Assembly (NCBI GenBank): GCA_964657885.1
Contig: CAZZWO010000003.1
Location: 1-45,400, forward strand
Origin: an uncultured Acetobacteraceae bacterium
GTDB taxonomy: Bacteria > Pseudomonadota > Alphaproteobacteria > Acetobacterales > Acetobacteraceae
Length of the DNA stretch: 45,400 nt
Reading direction: 5' to 3'
Below the pieces are notes generated by a model. That model saw only the letters and a program-made list of their open reading frames with translations, was not told where the DNA came from and did no database searches. The position numbers were made by a program, and so were the translations under genes. Below, one piece after another: positions 1 to 8,293 of the stretch. The number at the start of each line of letters is the position of its first letter. Within the stretch, counting starts at the first letter, position 1.

Positions 1-198
1 CACCCAGTTGTTGAAAGGCGCCGGCTTCAGCTGCGACCGGCCGTAATAGGTCGGCCCGTCCCATTTCGCCGCGCCCCGGGCCGGCCGGTCCATGGTGTCG
101 TGCGCGTCGCGCCCGGTGATCGGCGTCTCGTCGGGATCGTGCGGGGCCGGGCGCTCCGAGTCGGTAGGTCCGTCAGGACCGGGACGCTGGTGGTTCAT
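1..198 (-). CDS. NrfD/PsrC-type membrane anchor subunit, 5' part (runs off the window start)
   Basis: Not in the ORF track. ATG at 198 overlaps the TGA of the Fe-S subunit (ATGA). Translation ends ...KWDGPTYYGRSQLKPAPFNNWV; the YYGR..LKP.P segment is typical of N-termini of NrfD-like proteins in FDH clusters. Only 66 codons are visible. Confidence 0.7.
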   Translation of the reverse strand, partial: MNHQRPGPDGPTDSERPAPHDPDETPITGRDAHDTMDRPARGAAKWDGPTYYGRSQLKPAPFNNWV

Positions 199-1172
199 CG
201 GGTGCGCCTCCCCGGCCTGCTGCGCGGCGTTTCGGCAGCGAACAGCGCAAACGCGGTCAACACAAGGCCGGCTACCGCCGTCAGCCCCGCCGCCAGTGCC
301 GGCGCCACCCGGTTCGACGGGCGGGTCGGCGCCGCCGGCAGGTTGTAGCGTTCCGGCCGGTCGGTCAGCAGGAAGAAGGCATTGAGGTGGCCGAGCCCGC
401 CGGTGGCACCCGGTGCGCCGGGAGTGCCGTAAAGGTAGGCACTGTCCACACCGACCGCATGCAGGTGTTCCACCCGTTCGGCGGCACGATGCTGCAGGTC
501 GGACAGCTCGCCGAACTGGATACTGTCGGTGGGGCAGGATTTGGCGCAGGCAGGCTCGAGCCCGCCTTTAAGCCGGTCGTAGCACAGCGTGCATTTATGC
601 GCCTTGCCGTCGGTGGTGCTGAGATCGACGACGCCGAACGGACAGGCCGGCACGCAATAGCCGCAGCCGTTGCAGATGTCCTGCTGCACGACAACGGTGT
701 CGAACTCCGTCTTGAACAGCGCCCCGGTCGGGCAGGCTTCCAGGCAGGGCGCGTTGTGGCAATGCTTGCAGACGTCGCTCAACATCAGCCAGCCGCTCTG
801 ATAGGGCTGCTGGTCGTTGGCGCGCACGCCACCTTGCCCGGCGCCGTGCCCACATCCGCCGCTTCTGGACGATGGCGCTTCCCGCAGGTCCGCCTGCTCG
901 ATGAAGGCGACGTGGCGCCAGCTGTTGGCGGACAGTGCGCCGGTGTTATCGTAGCTCTGCCCGGTCAGCCCGATATTGTCCGCGGGCAGGTTGTTCCATT
1001 CCTTGCACGCCACCTCGCAGGCCTTGCAACCGATGCAGACCGTGGTGTCGGTGAAGAAGCCGTAGGACTTGCCGGGCTCGATCAGCACATGCGCGGTCAG
1101 CTCGGATTCGTTCGGGATCAGTCCGCGAAATTGCGAGGCGGTCTGTTCGAGTGCGCGGGGATGCATGTCCAT
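195..1172 (-). CDS. Formate dehydrogenase iron-sulfur (beta) subunit, FdnH/FdoH-like
   Basis: Four Cys cluster motifs (CIGCKACEVAC, CKHCHNAPCLEACP, CNGCGYCVPACP, KCTLCYDR..PACAKSCP) and a C-terminal hydrophobic helix. Confidence 0.92.
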   Translation of the reverse strand: MDMHPRALEQTASQFRGLIPNESELTAHVLIEPGKSYGFFTDTTVCIGCKACEVACKEWNNLPADNIGLTGQSYDNTGALSANSWRHVAFIEQADLREAPSSRSGGCGHGAGQGGVRANDQQPYQSGWLMLSDVCKHCHNAPCLEACPTGALFKTEFDTVVVQQDICNGCGYCVPACPFGVVDLSTTDGKAHKCTLCYDRLKGGLEPACAKSCPTDSIQFGELSDLQHRAAERVEHLHAVGVDSAYLYGTPGAPGATGGLGHLNAFFLLTDRPERYNLPAAPTRPSNRVAPALAAGLTAVAGLVLTAFALFAAETPRSRPGRRTR

Positions 1173-1195
1173 GGAGTCGCCTCGGGCAAAAACGG

Positions 1196-1417
1196 CTAAA
1201 ACACTGAGATGGATTGGGCGATGTTGCCGATGGTGTTCGGCGCCGGCTTGTAGCTGACCCGGATGCGGGACTGGCGGCGTTGCAGACCGGCGAGCTGCCC
1301 CGGCTCGGTCCCGCAGGCATGGCCGACGGTGAACAGGTGGCCGACGCCGGCATCGTCGGTCAGCTGGAACCGGCTCTCCTGCACGATGGTCACGACACCC
1401 TCCATGGTTTTCTTCAT
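1196..1417 (-). CDS. Small hypothetical protein upstream of the FDH beta subunit
   Basis: MKKTMEGVVTIVQESRFQLTDD... has protein-like composition and is co-oriented with, and 23 bp from, the beta gene. Start uncertain (1405, 1417 or 1447). Confidence 0.7.
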   Translation of the reverse strand: MKKTMEGVVTIVQESRFQLTDDAGVGHLFTVGHACGTEPGQLAGLQRRQSRIRVSYKPAPNTIGNIAQSISVF

Positions 1418-1443
1418 CAGGCGCGTGTTCCTTGGCGTGGTGT

Positions 1444-1468
1444 GCAACTGAGCATGGCTCCCGTGGTT
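1444..1468 (+). promoter_or_regulatory. Candidate EcfG (general stress sigma) promoter for the FDH alpha gene
   Basis: GCAAC-N16-GGTT, compared with the consensus GGAAC-N16/17-CGTT; about 100 nt upstream of ATG 1569. Confidence 0.4.
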
Positions 1469-1568
1469 AGGCGATGGCAGCGCCGCTCACGGGTTCGTCG
1501 CTTGCTGCATCGCCACACCGCGAGGCAGGTTCCCCTCCCGCCGCGAAGTGGCCCTTGGACAGAGACCG

Positions 1569-4500
1569 ATGAAGAAGCCGCCGCCGAAGTCTTCGCGACC
1601 CAGCAGACCGCTACGGCAAAGCCTGGCGGACCGGGCGGCCGCGTTCGTGCACGATTGGTCGTTGCCGCGACAGCTCGCCGGGCTGAGTGTCCAGGGCAAG
1701 GCGGCCGAAAGCGAGCTGTCGCGCGGGCTGCGGCCGCGGCTGGAACAGGCAGACACGGTCGGCACCAGCATCTGTCCGTTCTGCGCGGTGGGCTGCGGAC
1801 AACTGGTCTATGCGAAGAACGGCAAGCCGATCCACATCGAGGGCGATCCGCGCAGCCCGATCAACCAGGGCACGCTTTGCCCCAAGGGCGCCAGCACGCT
1901 CGGTGTGCTGCTGTCCCCGCAACGCATCAACACCGTGCTGTATCGCGCGCCGCATGCGACGGCGTGGGAGGAGCGCCCGCTGGACTGGGCGATGGAGCGC
2001 ATCGCCCAACTGACCAAGAAGACGCGCGACGACACCTTCGCGGAAACGCTGCCCGACGGGCGCATCATCAACCACACGCTCGGCATCGGCTCGCTCGGCG
2101 GCGCGACACTCGACAACGAAGAAAACTACCTGATCAAGAAGCTGTTCGCCGGAGGGTTGGGAATCGTCAACGTCGAGAACCAGGCCCGCATCTGACACTC
2201 ATCCTCGGTGCCCAGTCTGGGTACCTCCTTCGGCCGCGGCGCTGCCACGATGTCCCTCTGGGACCTGGAGAACAGCGACTGCGTCGTGATCATGGGCTCC
2301 AACATGGCGGAGAACCATCCGATCGCGTTCCGCTTCGTGGTGGAAGCCAAACGGCGCGGCGCCGAGATCATCCATGTCGACCCGCGGTTCACGCGGACAT
2401 CGGCGCTGGCCGACGTGCACGCGCCAATCCGCTCCGGCACCGACATCGCGTTCCTCGGCGGCATCATCCACCACCTGCTCGAAAACGATCTGTGGTTCCG
2501 CGACTTCGCGCTCGCCTACACCAACATCGCCCACATCATCGAGGATGCCTACGCCGATCCCGAGCAGGGCGACGGGTTGTTTTCGGGTTTCGATCCCGCG
2601 ACCGGCTCGTACTCGGAAGAGAGCTGGCAATACAAGGGCAAGAAGGTGCCCTCGTCCGTTTCGGAACATCGCGTGCAGACGCAGGAGAACCAGGGCGGCG
2701 ATTTCGAGAGCATGACGGAAGGGCCACCGCCGCAGGACTTCTCGTTGCAGCATCCGAACTGCGTGTACCAGATCATGCGCAGGCATTACGCCCGCTACAC
2801 GCCGGAGATGGTGGAGCGGGTGACGGGCTGCCCGCGCGACACCTTCCTGCGTGTGGCCGGCGCGCTGGCGCGCAATTCCGGACGTGAACGCACCGGCGCA
2901 TTCTGTTACGCGGTCGGCTGGACGCATCATACGACGGGCGTGCAGATCATCCGGGCCTGCGCCATCGTGCAAAGCCTGCTCGGCAATGTCGGCCGTCCGG
3001 GCGGCGGCGTGATGGCGCTGCGTGGCCATGCCAGCATCCAGGGCAGCACCGACATCCCGACGCTGTACAACATGCTGCCGACCTACCTGCCGCAGCCCAA
3101 CGTTTTCCACGAGCACGGCACGCTGAAGGATTACCTGCGTACCGAGACGCCCCCCACCGGCTGGTGGTCGAACATGCCGAAATACGTCGTCAGCCTGTTG
3201 AAGGCCTGGTACGGCGAGCACGCGACCGCCGGGAACGAGTACGGCTACCAGCATCTTCCGAAGCTGACCGGCGACCTGTCGCAACTGCCGATGACGATGG
3301 CGATGTGCGACGGCGTGATGAAGGGCCAATTCATCCTCGGCCAGAACCCTGTCGTGGGTGCGGTGAACTCCGACCTGGTGGAACGCGGGCTCAGCCGGCT
3401 CGAATGGCTTGTGGTGCGCGACTTCGCCATGACGGAGACCGCGAATTTTTGGCAGAAGGGCCGCCTCGTTCAACGCGGCGACCTCAAACCCGAGGACATC
3501 GGCACCGAAATCTTCTTCCTGCCGGCGGCCTTGCCCGGCGAGAAGGACGGGACCGTCACCAACACCAGCCGCCTGGTGCAGTGGCACGACATCGTGCTGG
3601 AAGCGCCGGGCGATAGCCGGTCGGATCTGTGGTTCATCTACCATCTCGGCCGCAAGCTGAAGCAGCTCTACGCGAGCAGCACGGGCAGCCGCGATGCCGC
3701 AATGCGTGAGCTGACCTGGGAATATCCCGAGCGCGGAGAGCGGGCGGAGCCGGATGCCGAGGCCATCCTGCGCGAGATCAACGGCTACACCGTCGCCGAC
3801 CGCAAGCAGGTGGAGAAGTACCACGACCTGAAGGACGACGGCAGCACGGCGTGCGGTGGCTGGATGTATTGCGGCATCTACCCGCGCGAGGGACACAACG
3901 TCGCACGGTCGCGCACGCCCGACGGTCCGGGCGGACCGGGCAGCCATCTGGGCTGGGCGTTCGCCTGGCCGGCCAACCGCCGCACCTTGTACAACCGCGC
4001 ATCGGCCGACCCTGCCGGCAAGCCGTGGTCCGAACGCAAGAAGATGGTCTGGTGGGACGAGGCGCAATCGAAATGGACCGGCACCGACGTGCCGGACTTC
4101 GTCGCCACCACCCGTCCGGACTACAAGCCCGATTGGAGCACGCGTCCCCGCGGCATGGCGGCGCTGGGCGGCGATTCGCCGTTCATCATGGAAGCCGACG
4201 GCAAATGCCAGTTGTTTGCACCGACCGGGCTGAAGGACGGTCCGTTGCCGACGCATTACGAGCCGGTCGAAAGCCCGGTGGCCAACCCGGTATACGGCCA
4301 GCAATTCAACCCGACGGCGCATATCTGGAAACGCCCCGGCAACGAGGTGCACGCGCCGCAGGACCCGAAATTCCCTTATGTGTTCAGCACCTATCGCCTG
4401 ACCGAGCTGCATTGCGGCGGCATCATCGGCCGGGTGACGCCGCATACCGCCGAGTTGCAGCCGGAGGCTTTCGTCGAGATACCGCCCGAGCTCGCAACCA

Positions 4501-4796
4501 AACTCGGTATCGAGCACCTGGGCTGGACGGTGCTGTCCACCCTGCGTGGCGACATCGAGGTTCGCGCCATGGTCACCGAGCGGATGCGGCCGTTCATCAT
4601 CGACGGAAAAGAGGTGTTCCAGGTCGGGATGCCGTGGGTGTTCGGCTGGGAGGGTTATGCGCGCGGCGACATCGCCAACGTGCTGCTCGCCATCACCGGC
4701 GACGCCAACACCAGCATCCACAGCACCAAGGCGGTCACGGTGAACCTGCGGGCAGGACGCCTGCCGAACCCGGGCGGGACCAGCCGTGGCCAATGA
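1569..4796 (+). CDS. Formate dehydrogenase alpha (Mo/W-bisPGD) subunit, selenocysteine-containing, FdnG/FdoG-like, about 1075 aa
   Basis: ORFs 1548-2195 and 2208-4796 share a frame and are joined by TGA 2193-2195 in NQARI-U-HSSSVPSLG (E. coli FdnG has NQARV-U-HG). Also CPFCAVGC...C 4Fe-4S motif, GSNMAENHP and LRGHASIQG. Start 1569 is inferred. Confidence 0.93.
2193..2225 (+). promoter_or_regulatory. Sec UGA codon plus bacterial SECIS hairpin
   Basis: TGA CAC TCA TCC TC GGTGCCCA-GTC-TGGGTACC. The stem (2207-2214 with 2218-2225) begins 11 nt after the UGA and has a GU-containing apical loop, as in fdhF/fdnG SECIS elements. Confidence 0.85.
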
Positions 4797-5067
4797 GGGC
4801 GAGCAGGCCCTGATCTGCCTGGACGAGATCCTGGCGGGGGAGCCGAAAACCGATCAGTCGCTGTTTTCGAAATGTGCCGAGAACCTGTCGGCGTTGCGCA
4901 ACCGGATGATCGCCGACCGCGCCGATCGAACCAGCCTCGAACACGTCAACGCCACCATCAGCGTTGTCATGGCCGGTCATTTCCCGCTGGGACAGATCCC
5001 CTGGGGCGAGCTGCACAAGGCGCGCGCCTGGCTGGACGCCATCAACCGGAAGCACCTGGGAGACTGA
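4786..5067 (+). CDS. Hypothetical helical protein overlapping the FDH alpha stop
   Basis: 93-aa ORF with a GTG start overlapping the last codons of the alpha gene; typical high-GC3 codon use; segment HVNATISVVMAGHFPLGQIPW. Confidence 0.7.
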   Translation: MANEGEQALICLDEILAGEPKTDQSLFSKCAENLSALRNRMIADRADRTSLEHVNATISVVMAGHFPLGQIPWGELHKARAWLDAINRKHLGD

Positions 5068-5133
5068 GCGCGCCCACCCGGGCCGTCCGGACCAGCGCGA
5101 ACGAGGGAGACCCGCCCCGCCCGCGCCAGGCCC

Positions 5134-5304
5134 TCACTTGTGTTTCACAACCTCATCGGTCGCTGCGGGATCGAGGTTCCGGGCTTCGTCGATCAGGAAC
5201 TTGCCCTCTTCCTTGTTCCCCGACTTGATCTCCTCGAGCCCTTCGGTTGCCAGGTTGCGGGCTTCCTCGGCGGTCTCCGGCAGCTTCGGTTCGGCGTCAC
5301 TCAT
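5134..5304 (-). CDS. Small acidic protein (56 aa), below the ORF-track size cutoff
   Basis: ATG at 5304 preceded by AGGAGGAA. Translation: MSDAEPKLPETAEEARNLATEGLEEIKSGNKEEGKFLIDEARNLDPAATDEVVKHK*. Confidence 0.8.
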   Translation of the reverse strand: MSDAEPKLPETAEEARNLATEGLEEIKSGNKEEGKFLIDEARNLDPAATDEVVKHK

Positions 5305-5332
5305 TGATCGTTCCTCCTGCAGAAGCCATTCG

Positions 5333-5358
5333 AACAGCTACCGGCGTATGCCGGTTTC
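5333..5358 (-). promoter_or_regulatory. Candidate EcfG promoter for the 56-aa ORF
   Basis: Minus-strand GAAAC-N17-TGTT ending about 28 nt before the ATG. Confidence 0.5.
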
Positions 5359-5436
5359 GCCCGCTCGCGCTCTCGTAATCCGGGCGGCGGCCCCCACCGG
5401 CAGCCATCCGCGCCGGCTGCAGCCATCTTACCTTAA

Positions 5437-5464
5437 GCAACTTCATACCTTACAGCTTCGTTCC
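5437..5464. promoter_or_regulatory. Candidate EcfG promoter upstream of inositol-3-phosphate synthase, readable on both strands
   Basis: Plus strand GCAAC(5437-41)-N17-CGTT(5459-62); minus strand GGAAC-N17-AGTT; AT-rich spacer. Confidence 0.65.
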
Positions 5465-5501
5465 TCGTTCCATCTGCTTCGCGCGAGGCACAGATCAGGG
5501 G

Positions 5502-6593
5502 TTGGGCGTCGCATTGGCCAAGGTTCGGGTTGCGTTGGTAGGCGTTGGCAATTGTGCGTCATCCCTGGTGCAGGGTGTGCGTTTCTACGCGGAGGCAGAT
5601 GCGGCGGACCGCGTGCCGGGGCTGATGAACGTGTCGCTGGGCGGCTACCATGTGGGCGATATCGAGATCGTTGCAGCCTTCGACATCGCCGAGGGAAAGG
5701 TCGGGCTGGACCTCGCCGAGGCGATCGCCGCGGAGCCGAACAACACACGCCGGTTTGCCGAAGTGGCCCACACCGGCGTTGTAGTGCAGCGCGGCCCCAC
5801 GCTCGACGGGCTGGGGCGTTACGTACGCGAGATCGTAACAGAATCCGCCGAGCCGCCGGTGGATGTGGCGGAGCACCTGCGCACCGCACGCGTGGAGGTC
5901 CTGGTGTCGTTCCTGCCGGTCGGGTCCGGACAGGCGACGCGCTACTATGCGGAGCAGGCGTTGGCGGCCGGCTGCGCACTGGTGAACTGCATCCCGGTGT
6001 TCATCGCATCGGACCCGGCATGGCGCGAGCGGTTCGAAGCGGCGGGGTTGCCGGTCGTCGGCGACGACATCAAGAGCCAGGTAGGCGCCACCATCATCCA
6101 CCGGGTGCTCGCCAACCTGTTCCGCGACCGCGGTGTGAGGGTGGATCGCACCTACCAGCTCAATTTCGGCGGCAACACGGATTTCCGCAACATGCTCGAG
6201 CGCGAGAGGCTCGAATCGAAAAAGCTGTCGAAAACGCGGGCGGTCACCAGCCAATTGGCCGAGACGCTGGCCGATAGCGACGCGCATGTCGGGCCGTCGG
6301 ATTACGTGCCGTGGCTGGAGGACCGGAAATGGTGCCACATCCGCATCGAAGGCACCACGTTCGGCGACACGCCGCTCAATTGCGAGCTGAAGCTGGAAGT
6401 GTGGGACTCGCCCAATTCCGCCGGCGTGGTGATCGATGCGATCCGCTGCGCGCGGCTGGCGATGGACCGCGGCATCGGCGGCGCGCTCACCGGGCCGTCG
6501 AGCTATTTCATGAAGAGCCCGCCCGAACAGTTCACCGATACCGAGGCGAAGCGGCGCACCGAGGCGTTCATCGCCGGGGATGCCGAGCGCTGA
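5502..6593 (+). CDS. ino1: Inositol-3-phosphate (myo-inositol-1-phosphate) synthase
   Basis: [51 protein letters not shown] and SSYFMKSPP motifs. TTG start at 5502 or 5514. Confidence 0.95.
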   Translation: MGVALAKVRVALVGVGNCASSLVQGVRFYAEADAADRVPGLMNVSLGGYHVGDIEIVAAFDIAEGKVGLDLAEAIAAEPNNTRRFAEVAHTGVVVQRGPTLDGLGRYVREIVTESAEPPVDVAEHLRTARVEVLVSFLPVGSGQATRYYAEQALAAGCALVNCIPVFIASDPAWRERFEAAGLPVVGDDIKSQVGATIIHRVLANLFRDRGVRVDRTYQLNFGGNTDFRNMLERERLESKKLSKTRAVTSQLAETLADSDAHVGPSDYVPWLEDRKWCHIRIEGTTFGDTPLNCELKLEVWDSPNSAGVVIDAIRCARLAMDRGIGGALTGPSSYFMKSPPEQFTDTEAKRRTEAFIAGDAER

Positions 6594-6595
6594 CC

Positions 6596-7231
6596 GTGCC
6601 TGGCACGCGCGCCCACCTCACACGTCTCCATCTGATACGCCACGGCCACACCGACGCATTGGGGCACACGCTGTCGGGCCGCTGCCCCGGCATCGGCCTG
6701 AGTGCGCTGGGTCTGCGCGAGGCGGCCGCCACCGCCCGGCAGATGGGCAAGCTGATGAGCGGCAGGCGGCCTTCGGCGCTGCTCAGCAGCCCACGCCGGC
6801 GGGCCCAGCAGACCGCGGCGGAAATCGGGACCGTGCTGGCGCTGCCGGTCCGCACCGAACCGGCCCTGGACGAAGTGGAGTTCGGTGAATGGACGGCCAA
6901 GGATTTCGCCACGCTGGACGCCTGCGATGGCTGGCGGGAATGGAACACGCTGCGCAGCCTGGCGCCGACGCCGGGCGGCGAGACGATGCTGGCGGTGCAG
7001 GCGCGCATCGTGACCCTGGTGCAACGCCTGTGCCGGGACTGGCCCGACCATGACGTCGTGCTCGTCAGCCACTCGGATGTGCTGAAAGTGCTGCTCGCCT
7101 ACCTGCTCGGCAGCCCGATCGACCTGATGCAGCGGATCGAGATCGCGCCCGCATCCCACAGCATGGTCTCGATGGCCGGTGACATGATCCGGATCGAGGC
7201 GGTCAACCTGGTTCCTCACCTCGCCGACTGA
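6596..7231 (+). CDS. Histidine phosphatase (phosphoglycerate mutase-like) family protein
   Basis: LIRHG, SSP..RA.QTA, L.E..FGEW, PGGE and VSH motifs. GTG start 2 nt after the ino1 stop; the ORF-track start at 6311 is too long. Confidence 0.9.
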   Translation: MPGTRAHLTRLHLIRHGHTDALGHTLSGRCPGIGLSALGLREAAATARQMGKLMSGRRPSALLSSPRRRAQQTAAEIGTVLALPVRTEPALDEVEFGEWTAKDFATLDACDGWREWNTLRSLAPTPGGETMLAVQARIVTLVQRLCRDWPDHDVVLVSHSDVLKVLLAYLLGSPIDLMQRIEIAPASHSMVSMAGDMIRIEAVNLVPHLAD

Positions 7232-7240
7232 CCCGACGCT

Positions 7241-8194
7241 TCACCGGCACGAAACAGTGCGCATCAGCCGGGCGAGTTCGGTCAACACGCTGCCCCACTC
7301 GCCCGTGCGCGTCTGGTGCAGCACGGTCATGGACGGATACCAGGGACAGCTCCGGCCCGGGTATGGCCAGCGCCAGTCGGCATCCTTCCGCACCAGCAGG
7401 ATGACGCGGCGGCCGAGCGCGCCGGCAAGGTGGGCCACCATCGTATCGACCGACACCACCACATCGAGCCCTGCGATCAGCGCTGCGGTGCGGATGACAT
7501 CCGTGTCGTGGTCGCCAGGATTGGCGAACTCCGCGCGCGCCGATTCGGCTGCGCAGGGGCCACGCTGCAGGCTGACCAGATCGTGGCCGCCGGGCAAGGC
7601 CGCCAGCAGCGGCTCCAGCGGCACCGAACGCGCAGCGTCCCACCCGCCGGCCGCCCAGCAGAGTCCTATCCCGCCGGTCCGCCGTCCGTTCCGTCCAGGC
7701 AACGGCGAGGCAGCCAGATAGGGCACGGATGCGCCGACCTCGTCCGCGTGGACGCGCAACACATGAGCCAGATCCATGATCTCCATGGAGCATTCCGATG
7801 GCGGAAGCGGCGCCTCACCGTCGAACGGCACCAGCCGGTCCACTGCGTCCATGCCGGCCAGCAGGGCGTGGAGTTCGGGTTGCACTTCCAAGGTCACATG
7901 CGCGGCGCGCCGGCGCAGCGCGGGCAGGAAGCGTGCAAACTGCAGGGTGTCGCCGAGCCCGTGATAGCACCGCACCAGCACGCGCCTGCCGTCCGGCCCG
8001 GTGCCGTCCCACACCCAGCGGAGATGGTAGGGCAATGCCGGATCGTCGCGCGACGCCGGATCGCGCCCGGCCGCAACGGCGTCGCCGATGGCCCAGGCGG
8101 CCGCGAAATCGCCGGCTCGCATGCAGTCCGCCCATTCCCGGCCCGCATCGTAGCCCGATGGCGGCGCCTTGCCGGTCAGAACGCCACCTTGCAT
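7241..8194 (-). CDS. GT9/heptosyltransferase-like glycosyltransferase
   Basis: HGLGDTLQFARF, IGLCWA, TAALIAGLDVVVSVDTMVAHLAGALG, ADWRW and PWYPSM. Start uncertain. Confidence 0.8.
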   Translation of the reverse strand: MQGGVLTGKAPPSGYDAGREWADCMRAGDFAAAWAIGDAVAAGRDPASRDDPALPYHLRWVWDGTGPDGRRVLVRCYHGLGDTLQFARFLPALRRRAAHVTLEVQPELHALLAGMDAVDRLVPFDGEAPLPPSECSMEIMDLAHVLRVHADEVGASVPYLAASPLPGRNGRRTGGIGLCWAAGGWDAARSVPLEPLLAALPGGHDLVSLQRGPCAAESARAEFANPGDHDTDVIRTAALIAGLDVVVSVDTMVAHLAGALGRRVILLVRKDADWRWPYPGRSCPWYPSMTVLHQTRTGEWGSVLTELARLMRTVSCR

Positions 8195-8246
8195 GCAAGC
8201 TCCCGTTAGCGTTCATCGCGGCGCCTTCGTGCCCGTGCGATATGCG

Positions 8247-8280
8247 CCCGCAACGCGGCACATGACGCGGTTGTTGCGGG
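8247..8280. promoter_or_regulatory. Palindromic, potentially bidirectional EcfG-type promoter between the divergent GT9-like gene and nhaA
   Basis: CCCGCAAC-N18-GTTGCGGG. Plus strand reads GCAAC-N17-TGTT; minus strand reads GCAAC-N17-CGTT. Confidence 0.6.
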
Positions 8281-8293
8281 CGCGGGAGATGGC

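Noticed and set aside
2199-4793. Long antisense and alternative-frame ORFs here and throughout (e.g. 24932-26860, 28438-30030, 36297-37700)
   Set aside because: They are Arg/Ala/Pro-rich, have no recognisable motifs and mirror well-supported genes, as expected in high-GC DNA.
1548-4796. FDH alpha as two genes or a nonsense pseudogene
   Set aside because: The TGA is at the catalytic Sec position, in frame, and is followed by a SECIS-like hairpin.
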